Shown: positions 38,466-51,200 of the stretch, in pieces
How the letters are laid out: the number at the start of each line of letters is the position of its first letter
Position numbering within the stretch: position 1 is the first letter of the stretch
DNA from: Dipteris shenzhenensis
Lineage: Eukaryota
Reading direction: 5' to 3' (one strand)
NCBI GenBank assembly: GCA_047967505.1
Contig: CM106538.1
DNA: 64,000 bases
The notes under the pieces: model-generated
What the model saw: only the letters and a program-made list of their open reading frames with translations
The model's database searches: none
Told to the model about the DNA's origin: nothing
Position numbers and translations under genes: made by a program

Positions 38466-38554
38466 AACATGTAGAAAGAAACATGAGTCCTTGAAGATTT
38501 TTATCTTGTTTGTATCGATTAATGATAGTGTTTTTAAAACTTATGTTAAATGTT

Positions 38555-39762
38555 GCAATACATTAGGATATTTTATGATATTTTTTCATTACAATACATT
38601 AGGTTTTACTTTTTTGAAAGTCTAATTTATTATGTACAATACATTAGGTTTTACTTTTTTGAAAGTCTAATTCATTCTTATGTTCCATCACTTTATTTTA
38701 TAGATTTCAATGTACTCAAAATCTATCATTTATTATGTACAGCAAGTATCTCATGATGAGATTCTATTAATTATATCATTCTTGTGTTCCATCATTTTAC
38801 TTTATAGATTTCAATGTACTATCACTATCTTATATGTCTCAAATGACTCCCATTATGGTCTTGCATCCCATCATTTTATTTTATAATGTCTCGCATTACA
38901 ATCTTGCATCTAGTCATCTCGCATTACGGTCTTGCATCTGTAGTTCTATAAATTCCCTAGTAGTCGTTCATCTTCTATATCTCACCCGCAGCAGACACTT
39001 CTTGCACTTTGCTCTTCATGATGAGATTCTATTAATTATATCATTCCTGTGTTCCATCATTTTACTTTATAGATTTCAATGTACTATCACTATCTTATAT
39101 GTCTCAAATGTCTCCCATTACGGTCTTGCATCCCATCATTTTATTTTATAATGTCTCGCATTACGATCTTCCCTAGTAGTCGTTCATCTTCTATATCTCA
39201 CCCGCTCCTCTCCTCAAGCTTGCTCCTTCCTCTCCTCAAGCTTGCTCCTTCCATCTTGCCCGCTAGTAGTCGTTCATCTTCTATATCTCACCCGCAGCAG
39301 ACACTTCTTCCACTTTGCTCTTCTTACCTTACTCCTCTCCTCAAGCTTGCTCCTTCCTCTCCTCAAGCTTGCTCCTTCCATCTTGCCCGCAGCCTTGCCT
39401 CCTCTTCTCAAGCATACTCCTTTCATCTTGCCTTATCTCCTCTAGTTACCTTCCTCACTCTCGTTACCTTCCTCACCTCGTTCGTCTTCTATATCTTTCC
39501 TCACTCTCTTCCTCACTCTCGTTACCTTCCTCACCTCGTTAGTCTTTTATATCTTTCCTCACTCTCGTTACCTTCCTCACCTCGTTCATCTTCTATATCT
39601 CACCCGCAGCAAAAACTTCTTCCACTTTACTCTTCTTACCTTACTCCTCTCCACACTTCTTCCACTTTACTCTTCTTACCTTACTCCTCTCCTCAAGCTT
39701 GCTCCTTCCATCTTGCCCGCAGCCTTACCTCCTCTTCTCAAGCATACTCCTTTCATCTTGCA
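38555..39762. repeat. Nested local duplications and CT-rich repeats
   Basis: Repeated blocks such as catgatgagattctattaattatatcatt, gttcatcttctatatctcacccgc and cctcaagcttgctccttcc. Confidence 0.8.
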
Positions 39763-39768
39763 GCCATT

Positions 39769-40203
39769 ATGGATCTTTTTAAGGTAATCGATTCTGTCGA
39801 GCAAGCCATTAGCAGCCTCAAAGAATGGATTGCCGAGAACCAAGGAAAGAGAGAGGAGAGAAAGCAAAATCCAGCTCCATTAACCCAGTACGAGAAGGAT
39901 GACTTTGCTTGTCAGAAGGGCCTAGAGAAGGAAGAGGAAAGAAAAATAAGTATGGCTACTACTGAAATAGATAAATTGCAGTCATATAGGAGAGAGTTGA
40001 TAGACTTTCAAAGTGAGATATCTTCGCGTGTGGCTCGTTATGGAAGATTTTCCCCCGAGGAAGCGCAAGCCATTCGGAATAAACAAAGTGTTATGCAAGA
40101 GAAAATTCATCAATCCTTACTTCTCTTCTATAATTTTAACTACATCGATGAGGATGAGATGAGCTCAGCTCTTGAATGGGTTGAATTTAGGCTAAGGACT
40201 TGA
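39769..40203 (+). CDS. 144-aa charged, coiled-coil-like protein of unknown function inside element B
   Basis: MDLFKVIDSVEQAISSLKEW...VEFRLRT*. The ATG follows a ttgcag acceptor, and composition changes sharply from the repeat-derived upstream part of ORF 39079-40203. Confidence 0.55.
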   Translation: MDLFKVIDSVEQAISSLKEWIAENQGKREERKQNPAPLTQYEKDDFACQKGLEKEEERKISMATTEIDKLQSYRRELIDFQSEISSRVARYGRFSPEEAQAIRNKQSVMQEKIHQSLLLFYNFNYIDEDEMSSALEWVEFRLRT

Positions 40204-40719
40204 AAATAGAAAATTCATCAAATTGAATGGCTGTAGTCTTGAAAATAAATTTGCCTTCCACTGAGAGTCTTATTGTAACTTTTGGTGTAATTTGCCTTCC
40301 AATGAGAGTCTTATTGTAACTTTTGGTGTTTTTAAACACCTAAATTATAAATATTGTGAGAGTTTGCTACTTCCACTTGTAACTTTTGAAAGTGTTTCCT
40401 AAACACTATTATAAATATAAAGTGAGTTTACAATTAATGGACCACTCTTTTTTGTGTAACTTATCTCAGGCTTAACTTTTGAAGGTGTTTATTAACACCA
40501 TTAAATATTAAGAGAGTTTACAACAACCTAATCTTATTTTTTCATGTAACTTATCTAGATTGCGTTAAATTTTATAATTTTAGTTTCATGTCCTTAAAAA
40601 ATATATAAAAAAATGCTTGTTTTTATGTTTTTATATGTGCTTTGAAGATTGGGTTTTTCTTAAATTTTATCTGAAAACTAGTCCAAAAGTATATGTAAAA
40701 ATGAATTTGTACATTGACA

Positions 40720-40745
40720 AGTCCAAAATTAATGAAATAAGTGTT
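40720..40745 (-). repeat. Right TIR of element B
   Basis: Exact reverse complement of 21331-21356, followed by TAGT. Confidence 0.95.
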
Positions 40746-40749
40746 TAGT

Positions 40750-41950
40750 TTGGCATACATATTCATGCTCCCTCTATGATGTCCTGGGGCAGGCACCACT
40801 TGATATGTCCTCTATGCTTAGACCCACCACATGTCACTTGTTTACGAGACAAAAAATGTACGGGCTACATAACCAGAGATCATGAGATCATGAGATCATG
40901 AGGGACTGTGCACTGAGCAGTTTGCACATGGACAGGAGGTTTTGACCCCGGTTCTAGCACAGCTATCCAACCATGCCATATGCCATGGCTTCTGACCTGG
41001 AGCACTACCACCATAGTACCAATACACAAGGCAAGTGATCCCATGGACACTAGGAACTACCGCACTCTTATGATTTACCACACTTTGGCTAAGATATATG
41101 GGTCAATAATAGAGAGGGAGACCAGCAGCCACACAAAGGGTCACGAGCAATAGGCTCTTGGGTAGCAGGCAAGTTTTTCGAGACAACACTCCACATTGGA
41201 CCATATCTTCACCTTGAGGGCTATCATTGAGGAGGCAAAGTTGAGGCACCAAAAAGTCTACACTTGCTTTGTAGACTTTCATAAGGCATTTGATATGTCC
41301 TATGTTCCAGCCTGATCAAGAGGTTACAAGAGTTGCACCTCCTACATGATCTGGGGGTTATGAGTTTATATGAGTCCATCAAAGGGAGAGTACATGCCCC
41401 AGAAGGTCTATCAAATTGGGTTGAGAGCACTATCGGAGTGAAGCAAGGCTACCCCCTCTCACCAACACTCTTTGGGATTTATATTTGATGAGATCACATC
41501 CTTTAAAGATTGCCTAGGTGGAGAGAGTTCACTTTTGGTTGACCTGATGGTATAGATACTGTTATACATAGATGACATAATTATCCTCAGCAAAGGGATT
41601 ACAAAAACATCTACAGGCCCTAGAGGTGTTTTGCAAAGAGAGAGACTTGATAGTTAACCTTGGAAAAACTAAGATTATGATCTTCAACACCTCACGGGTA
41701 GTCATAGCTTCACGTATCAAGATGAGATAGTGGAGATAGTGTAGTCTTGCACATATTTGGGGGTAGTGTTCAATAGACCAAGTTTCACAATGCAGATACA
41801 GTAGACTCACACCAAATTTCATGATGATTCATGATGCAAGTATAATAGACATGAGGACGGGATGTCTTGGCTCAACGACTAAAGAGGCAGTGCTTCCAGG
41901 CACACTTCTAGGACCCTTCGACGAGGGGTTGGCTTTTTGACACACTGGTG
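40750..41950 (+). mobile_element. LINE, right part (reverse transcriptase), continuing 19690-21330
   Basis: Aligns colinearly with about 10745-11945. VKQGYPLSPTLF near 41438 and TYLG near 41751. Confidence 0.85.
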
Positions 41951-42924
41951 ATCTCATTGCTCAATCCATACCGTCAATCCATACCGGTTGCCTGTATCCA
42001 ATTCTATTTGCCATTGATGATGTTTAACAAGCATGACTATATGTCTGATATCATGGAGACTTTTGGTGGTACGGCTATCACCACAAAGCTCATAGGTTTC
42101 TTTTCGTGGATTGTCTCTACTTGCCTAAAAATCATGTGGGACTAAATATTCTCAATATTCACTCCAAGCATCCCTTAAGTGCATGCCTAGTTTATCATGA
42201 TGACTAACTTATGATGGTCAACATCTATCATGTCCATGGCAGCTAACCAGCTAACCATCATCGATTTAGAGAGTTTCTATCCTAGTATGGAAATCAAACT
42301 ATAGTTGTCTTATCATTGACCACACATATTGCTCTAATGATGCCAGGGTGCTAACATAAAGTCAAATGTATCACTTCTTCACTGGCCTTCATCACCATCA
42401 AGCTCACTTTCTTGAGAAGTTCTTCTTCACTGCACATATCTTGTCAGATAATATAAAGATTCTCTTATTGTGCATTTCTCACTTCCATGTGATCCAACTC
42501 CCACACATTGCAGGTGTGAAAGTGAGGTCTTGCTGCTAACAATTAGGGTTGGTGTGGATCATATTTTGTCTTCTTTATTTTTTTAAAAAAAAATCAAGCA
42601 ACTTAATGCAACATAATCAATGTATTTTAAAAGTTTCTTGAAACTTTTGGTTATCAAATATAGGAAATATTGCTATACCACTGGTATCATTCCTTACATT
42701 TCAATCTCATGAGAATGCACTACAACTTCAATTGTTATCCCTTTAGACTCTGGTGAGATATCATGCTTTTTCAAGGTTATAAGGAGTATCGTGCCTCGCT
42801 CACTTTTGTTTTGGTGATTTTGGAACACTCATTGTCTTAACTAGTAAGAAGATCTTTTGCATTTCACTCCACAATGTCGTGTAATAGATATGGACCTTGT
42901 GAGAGGAACCTTCACTTGCTTATA

Positions 42925-42925
<1 letters not shown>

Positions 42926-42964
<39 letters not shown>

Positions 42965-42969
42965 ACTCA

Positions 42970-43026
<57 letters not shown>
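42926..43026. repeat. (CT)n microsatellite
   Basis: Interrupted CT run. Confidence 0.95.
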
Positions 43027-44926
43027 TATCATTCTCAAATTGATTATCTTGCTCCTCTCATGCTCGTTTTTACCCTCTATATCTGTCAAGGGGTTCTCCT
43101 TATTATGTTTTCGTAGAGCATCTTCTTTAGGGGATTCATGACTGGAAAGTTACTTCTAAAGCATACATCCAAGGAGTATATGGATCCTAGCTTTATTTTC
43201 TCATATTATCCCCATATTTTTTAAATTTTGAAATGAATACATATAATTATATAAATTTATGTGAATTGCTTTGATTGAAATAGCTATTCTTTTGAACCTA
43301 CACCTTAGAGTAAATGTTTTTTGGTGCACCAAGGCACTTAGCCCTCTAAAGTTTATCATTTTATGGATACTAATATCAAGAAAAAATCATTGTATAGAAA
43401 CGTTAAATAACGAAATATTTGCTCCATGTTTCAAATTCCATGTAGAAGAATATATTCCTCCCATGATTCTTGATGAAACTCTATAGTTGATAGTATGTAC
43501 AACTTGCAATTCGTAATGAAGATGTATCCATAATGCAACATGTACAAGAGACCTAGTTGCAGTATTATGCATCTTAATTCATGAGGTGCTTCAAAAGAAG
43601 TTCCATTTATATAAAGGGGATTATTCTTTCTCAAATTTCTTCCCAAGACCGTGGCTACACTTCAAGATTGTGGGACACTCTTATAATTGTTTCTTTCCCT
43701 CTTGTGCTTCCTAAGCATTCTTTGTTTGGGTGGCTTAAATTTTTTATCCAGTGACCTTTCAAAATCTAACAATTTGACCATGGAACGTAGCCAAGTCCTA
43801 ATCGACCACATATGCATGATGCCATTTTGTAGTGAGACTATGTAAAAGAATAGAACTTTGAAGGAAATACCAATTTAAGTGCAATGTATAGACCTTTTAT
43901 GATCAAATATCATGGATATTTATGAATCTAAATTTAAAATGCACTAATCCCTTTGAACATTTGCCTCAGTTGAAAGCAAAGGATTTTGGGTTGATAATAT
44001 CACCCAATTAGGCTATGAATTTTCAATGGGATGTTTCAAAACAAAAACAAGTGAGAAACACTATTTTGCTTTCTTGCGTCAATCACACATTTAGAGATTA
44101 TTTTCTCTCTATCTCCTGGAATTCATCTATTGCATGTTGGAGTGAAATTCAAGAGATGAAATAGATGACTTCTAGTCATAGATAATATATTGTTGTTGGG
44201 CGGTCCAAATATGTAGGGTGGATCCGTATATATCTTTAAGCTCTTCACCTTAAGAAGTAATTAAGATTCCTTATTTGGTAATTAAGATTCCTACTTCTAG
44301 CTCTTCCATATGGTGTCATTACATTCACATATGAATGACCATGATAATTGAATCTCTTTAGACCCAATATATCAATACCTTGTCTAATTTAAATGTTGTT
44401 GGGTGGTAGCGTGGATCTTTGATAAAAGCTAGCTAAGGTTATAATTATTTGAGGTAAGATCTCCTATTGGTTGTTAGCCAAGCCATCTACATAAGCACCC
44501 AATAACTCTTCATGAGAAAGCTGAATTTCTTCTTGACAGCCGTATTTTGATTCTCACAAACAGAGTGAAGTGGTAAATTGCATGTATGTATAGGTTTTGT
44601 AAGTCGATAGATCATTTTTATTTTTGAGAGAGCTTTATCTTATTGTTGCAAGGCTAATCATTACATAAAACAACTAGCAAAGGAACCAAACCACATGAGT
44701 AAACACAATAGGACTAACGAGTTGAAGCTGTCTAATGGCTTAGTGCAACATGGAGAGAAAAATGCAAACAAAAGTGTGAGATAGAATTTTATTTTAGAAT
44801 CTTGATACCAATTTTGGAAAGAAGATTAAAACATTTAAGTCCAAAACCACACATGCATCTCACTACCAAATCTTTTTAAAGCTATAGAAGTGGCATAGCA
44901 AAATAGTAGTTTTGCATCACCAAAAA

Positions 44927-44927
44927 A

Positions 44928-44973
<46 letters not shown>

Positions 44974-44990
44974 GTGCGCGCACGCGCACC
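44927..44990. repeat. (CT)n(CA)n microsatellite
   Basis: CT run, then CA run, then alternating gc. Confidence 0.95.
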
Positions 44991-45745
44991 TCTTATGGGA
45001 CATATGGGTATGATCTAGGCAATAGCTATTGTTCACTCCTTAATGTACCAATTCTATGTGAGGTTATTCCAAATGCCACATCCCGGAGCATCTCAACTTG
45101 TGCACCACTAAGCATGTGCTCATACACACTCAAAAGAAATACAGAAGGGAGAAACTAGATTGGGAAATGGATTGTCACATAACAAAGAAACAACATTGAC
45201 AGGGCAGCAAACTGGGCATTTCCCTATGAATCCTTAGAGATGAAGTCTTGTCCGAGAAGAACTTGTCCAAATCTAACGTCTTCATGGGGCTGTACTTTGA
45301 TCGTCATCAACACAGTGAAGTTGCGGATAGCGTAAGGATTTCTTGATTGCAGGTCCTCTCATCTAGCGCAGCAACCCCACAAATACGATACGACTAACGA
45401 GATCGAGCTCCCTCTGGCTTTCACGCAACGCGTACGGCAAAAAATGCGGAGAATCAGTTCCGTGAATTCGTAACTGCGAATTTGGGTCTCACTTCGTCGT
45501 TACAATTCGAAGTCGTCGCACGCACATCCCATTTTTACACCTGACAAAATGCCAAACCGGCGAAGGGAACTAGATCGTGGACTGACGAAATGGGCTTGAA
45601 AACCCACGTTTGAAAAGCTTAGGGCAAAACGGCAAGAGATGCGATTTCAAAAATGATCTTATGTACATTGATTCCGTTTCGGAAAAGGCTTTCTGCAACC
45701 CGCCTTTGAATTCTCACGACACATTTGCGAATTTTGGGGCTTACT

Positions 45746-46279
45746 TCATCGATACAATTCCGACATCAATTTGAAGCGCGGCTTCGTGCCTTTCTCCGCC
45801 TCCGCCTGGGCCTCCCAATCCAAGGTTTGCGCATACTCAGAAAGATGCTGGTTCTGCGTGTACCTGGCGAGGGGGGAGGAGGGTGCAGCTGCTTGCAAAG
45901 CCCGATCGACGGCGCTTCTGTTGTGATCATCCAGCAAGCGAACGTCCGATGCACCGCCGTGAGCAGCTTGCAGCTGCACTAGAGCGGACTCGGGTGGGAG
46001 TCCTTTGCGGCGTCGGCTTCTCCTGGTAAGCTGGGGGGCGACATCGTCGATTGGGGGCCAGAGCTTGGACCAGCGACGATCGAATTCGTGGCCAAGGTCG
46101 AAACTGCAGCAAAATCAAGGAAATGAACGAGGATGAAGGAGATGAAATTATGCAGAAACGAGGGGGTAACCCTAGAAGGATCGATGGAGGAACCTGAGGG
46201 GCTCGGAGGAGAGGGGGATGACGACGAACAATTGGATGCCGGCATCGCCATGCTGAGTAGTGTGGCTCGTGTGCGCCAT
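45746..46279 (-). CDS. Possible two-exon host gene of unknown function (about 147 aa)
   Basis: Lies in a CpG-rich island. Exon 46279-46194, a 90-nt GT-AG intron (46193-46104) and exon 46103-45746 join in frame. A TATA-like motif lies near 46395 on the minus strand. No recognised domain. Confidence 0.35.
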
Positions 46280-46924
46280 AGCCACCAATTCAAAATACCT
46301 CTGAGTTTGTCTCTCTGCTGCTGCTCTCACGAGGATATCCTTCAAACATAATGCCACCCACAAAATGCTCCAATTTGAACCCCCCTTCTTCCATATATAA
46401 CCAACCTTCTTAAACTACTCCTACTCCTACTACGATCTATTGCTCACATCTCTCCCTTGTAGTTATCTTGTTGTTTCAATCGCCCATCCCAGGCACCTTT
46501 CACATCCCCCTCCACACGCCCACAAGTTCACCTATGATGGGATCCCGAGTCCCCTCTCGAAACATGCCATCCCTTCTATGTTGTAGCATCTCAATGCGTC
46601 GCTACCACTCTGCCTACCATAAAGAAAAAACGGTGGCTTTAACCTCTGCATCCATCCACACTCCTCCAGACGACTATGAATTGCCAGAGTGGGCGTCTTG
46701 CTACTGTCATAGTGGCACGATCCCACTTGTCTCTCGAAAAGTGCAATCCCATCTACGGTGCAAAATGTCACCCGGCCACCCATGACTACGACCACTATGA
46801 AAAACATTGTGGCTTTACCTTTACTTTTTTCTGCCTCAAGTGTGAAAGGAACATTCGTCCAGACGGGGATACTCACTTCACCTATCCAAACCAGTGTGAA
46901 ATTCCCTTAGCATGGGATCAAGAT

Positions 46925-49900
46925 GTATGTACTCACAAAATATGAAGAGGGGAGAGGAGAAGACTGGAGATGAGAAGAGAGGGCACAGCTAGAGAGCATA
47001 CCACAAATGACTAACTCTACACTAGATTTAGCTGAAAATGTAGAATATATACAAACCCATTTGGGGTTAGGGTTATGCGATCTAACCCTTTCCTTTATAG
47101 CACTCTATTGGGTTAGTGCTATGCACATATGATCACATGATGGTGCTATGCACACGTGATCACATGATGTTGAGCGTGAACTCTCAACACCTTCCCTCAA
47201 GATCAACATCATGAAGTAGGCCTTCCCTCAAGATGATGATTTTGGGGAATCGAAGAAGGATTGAGCATTATGTTCCATCACACCCCTTTAATGGGAATGT
47301 CCTTCCTCTACGTCAAACCAAGAGCTACTCAGTGTTTCTCGAATAGCTCTTTATCGAGTGGTTTGGTAAAGATGTCTGCAACATTCTCTTTGCTATCACA
47401 ATGCTACAGTGTGATGTCACCAAGTAACACTCTTTCTCTGATGAAGTGCTCTCTGACATCAATGTGCTTTGTCCTGGAGTGATATACTAGATTCTTGGCC
47501 AATGCTTGAGTCGATTGATTAACATAGTATATTGTTGTTAGCTTTGACTCATCAAAGTAATCTGTTTTTGACAATAGTCTTCTGAGCCATATAGCCTCAC
47601 ATGCACCTGTAGTGAGTGCTCTATATTCTGCTTCAGTCGAAGACAAAGACACACTTGGCTGTTTGTTTGACAACCATGATATAGCACCTTGACCAAGGAA
47701 AAGTGCATATCCTTGTGTCGATCTCTTGGTCTCATGATCTCCGGCATAGTCACTATCACAGTATACATGCAACCATGGATGACTTCCTTTGTATTCTATC
47801 CCAAACTGTCTTGTACCTCTGATGTATCTCAAGACTCTTTTGGCTGCATTCCAGTGAGACAGTTTTGGATTCGCCATAAACTGTGCTAGTGAGCTTACTG
47901 CAACAAATATCTGGTCGAGGGATAGTCAGATATATAAGAGATCCGATGAGCTGCCTGTAGTACTTGTCATTGATTGTAGGCTTTTCTGAATCTTTAGTAA
48001 GTTTCAAACTCTATTCCATGGGAGTGGGTGCAATCTTGCAATCTGCCATATGAAACTTCTTCAGGTTACTGTCAACATACTTGAGTTGATTCATAAATGT
48101 GCTACTTGAATCTCTCCAAAACTCAATTCCAAGACAATAGTGCATAAGTCCAAGATCTTTCATGTCGAACTCTGCAGATAAGTCTTGTTTTAGTTTTTTG
48201 ATGAAGCTATCCTTGCTTCTTGTCACAATCAGATCATCTATGTACAAAAGTGCAATAGTAACGTCTCCCCCTTGAACTTTGTAGTAGAGTGTATGATTTG
48301 CATTGGATTTCATGTATCCCAGATCAGTAAAATACTTGTCAATTTTACTGTACCAACTTCTAGGTGCTTGCTTTAAGCCGTAAAGACTTTTCTTGAGATG
48401 GCAAACCTTATTCTCCTTTCCTGGTTCAACATAACCTGCTGGTTGTTGCATGTAGACTTCCTCATCTAGATAACCATTGAGAAATGCATTCTTGACATCG
48501 AGCTGATACACATTCCATCTGCTGAGTGTCGCTATTGATATCAAGAACTGTATGGAATCCATCTTTGCTACTAGAGCATAAGTCTCATCATAGTCCTGAC
48601 CATATTGCTGTGCAAATCCTTTTGCAACTAGTCTGGCTTTGTATCTTTGAATTTCTCCATCTGGATTGTACTTCACTTTGTAGACCCATTTGTTTGCTAT
48701 GGCCTTCTTTTCCATGTGGAAGGTCGCATAATTCCCAAGTATTATTCTTATACAAAACATCCATTTCTTCATTCATAGTAGTTTGCCATTTTGGCTTATC
48801 TACTGCATCTTTGAAGTACATTGGCTCTTTTGTAGCCATGATGGTAGTCATAAGAGCATAGTTTGTGGTTTCAACCTGAATTGCTTTGCCTTTCTGAGCA
48901 TATGTCAATTTGGCTGGTGGTTTGCTTTCCCTAGTAGACCGTTTGAGCTGCTCTGGCTCTGCTTGGGGTGTTGCTGGCAATTCTTACTCTTCTTCATCAA
49001 CTTGTTCTGTAGATGACTATGAAGTCGATGCTTCCATCTCCTGTATAGGTGAGGTTTTCCATTTTGATTCCTTATCAAAGATTACATCTTTGGAGATAAT
49101 GACCTTGTGGTTGATGGGACCATACAACTTGTATGCTTTGATTTCTTCACTATAGCCAACCATGATGCATTTGTATGACTTCACATCCAATTTCTTGCAA
49201 TGATCATTATGTATGTGGGCATATGCTATGCAACCAAATATGTGGAGATGCCCAATGTGTGGCTTCTGCCCAATATTGATTTTGAAGATGCTTCTCACTA
49301 AGCATTGCTCTAGCACTGTTTGCTAAAGTCCCATTCTTCCTTTCAGCTCTTGCATTCTGCTGAGAAGTATCTGCACATGTCAATTGTCTTCAAATGCCGT
49401 GATTTTTGCAAAAGTTCATAAATGCTGAAGACATGTATTCACCTCCTCTGTCTAATCTCATGACTTTGATCTTTCTGCCTGTCTGGTTTTCTACCATGGC
49501 TTTGAATTCTTGATATCTCAAAAATAATTCAAATTTCTCTTTCAGAAAGTAATCCCAACAATATCTGCTATAGTTGTCGATGAAAGTCAAGTAGTAAAGT
49601 GAACCATTGATGCTGCGGGTTTGGGCATAACCCCATACATCTGTATGTATCAAATCAAGAATACCTCATGCACACGAGGTACTTCTGCTAAAATTGGATC
49701 GCTTTTGTTTGCCGAAGCATGCTTCACAAACTTTTCCAAGAAACTGTAGGTTGGGAAGCCCAGTTGCCATATTCTGATTCCTGAGATCTAACAAGTACTT
49801 GAAATTGACATGACCATATCTCTTGTGCCATTTAGCCAGATAGTGGCATCTATTGCGGTTGAGTTGACATGGCATGCTTATCTAGTACTGTAGCTAGCAT

Positions 49901-51200
49901 TCTGTATAATCATCCTTCCTTGACACCTGTTGCTACTAGTTGACATCTTTTGGAGTTGTCTTTGATAGTGCATTCATCTCCATCGAAGATGACTCTGTAG
50001 TTGTGTTCCGTCATTTGACCTACTGACAAGAGGTTGTTGCTAAGCTTCAAAACATAGAGCACATCTTTCACCAATCCTTTCGTACCAGTGAAATTGTTCA
50101 TAGGGATAACACTTGTCCCTTGAACTGGATTCAGTGTATTGTCTGCTGTGTAGATGACATTTTTTTGACCTTCTAGTGGTTTCATCTCTGTGAACCATTC
50201 CCAATGATTTGTCATGTGAGATGATGCACTGCTGTTGATATACCAAGGATCCTATTCCACTTGGTCGACTTGATAGTAGAGCTGAAATCCTCTTTGGGAT
50301 TGTAATCGGTGTCTAGGCACACTATATCAGTTTGCTACATTTCCTCATTTGCAAGAAACATATTCCCATGTCCATTTGCAAAATGACTGTGCCTAGAACG
50401 TCCACCATGATGATTTCCTTTGTCTCAAAAATTCCCTCGATTGGATTGACTGCCTTGGTCATACTGCTTCTTGCAGCAATCTCTTTCAAAGTGTCCAAAC
50501 TTGTGACAGTAGTTGCACTGAATGTTTGACACATTGTGGATGCATTCCCTTGTTCTTGGAATCTTACTCGATTGGAATGATTTCCTCTTTAGATGTTGAT
50601 GCTGACTTTGCTGATTTTGTTGCTGATCATGACCACTTTTCTAGAATGATCTACCTCTGCCTCTATCTCTGCCTCTGCTTCTGTTTGAAGCTGTGAATGT
50701 CTGATCATTAGAATGACCTTTACGTGCTTGGATGGCCTGAGTTGCGAGTTCTTCACCAAGTAGGATTGACTGAAGTCAGAATTTGCCGTTGGATGGCAAT
50801 ACTATGGACTAGATTCTTGTATCCCTCTCCTAGTCCAATCAGGATTACTTGAACCATTTTTATGGGTTCATATTCTCTCCTGCTCCTGCGAGTTGATTGT
50901 TGTAGTCTTTTATCCAGAGTACATAAGCTTGACCAGTTTCGCTGCTATTGTGGAAACTCTAGTTCATCTAGTTTCTAAGTGTGAGCATCCTAGAAGTGTT
51001 CTTGGACTCATAGAGAGCTGCGAACATATCCCATGCTTCTTTCAATGTATTGACTGTGTTGAGTTGTCCTAGCATGACATCTGGCACATTCTGCTTGACC
51101 AGATGATAGGCGTACTTGTCTTTCTTATCCCATTCTACTTGAGCTTGGGAAATGGAAATATCTGCTATAGGTGCAAAAATTGTTTGTGTCACACTCGCAT
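46925..51200 (-). mobile_element. Degenerate Ty1/copia element (family 2), 5'-truncated
   Basis: Probable 3' LTR at about 46925-47189 (starts TGTTGAG on the minus strand) with an adjacent polypurine tract. RNase H 47404-47877, RT 48011-48772 (LLYIDDL), integrase 49017-49653, pre-integrase WHKRYGH, protease and gag remnants to about 51200. No 5' LTR found. Confidence 0.9.

Larger units (their letters stand above)
21331..40745 (-). mobile_element. Giant (19,415 bp) TIR DNA transposon, Sola-like, carrying cargo genes (element B)
   Basis: 26-bp perfect TIR AACACTTATTTCATTAATTTTGGACT (21331-21356) and AGTCCAAAATTAATGAAATAAGTGTT (40720-40745). 4-bp TSD TAGT at 21327-21330 and 40746-40749. A second inverted 13-mer at 21365-21377 and 40679-40691. 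The flanks rejoin into a continuous LINE. Confidence 0.93.

Noticed and set aside
39079-39768. N-terminal 230 aa of the 374-aa ORF
   Set aside because: It is translated CT-rich duplicated sequence; protein-like composition starts only at the ATG at 39769.
21331-40745. Classification of element B as CACTA, Mutator or Helitron because of Ulp1 and TNP1-like domains
   Set aside because: The termini are AACAC/GTGTT with a 4-bp TSD, not CACTA with 3 bp, long TIRs with 9 bp, or TC...CTRR. The catalytic motifs are Sola/DUF7869-like.
42000-44900. Search for genes or RNA genes in the AT-rich interval
   Set aside because: No convincing ORF, splice pattern, tRNA or rRNA signature was seen.
46468-46945. 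Cys/His-rich ORFs suggesting a zinc-finger gene
   Set aside because: The pieces are short and frameshifted, lack canonical spacing and are cut by the copia LTR, so a call cannot be supported.
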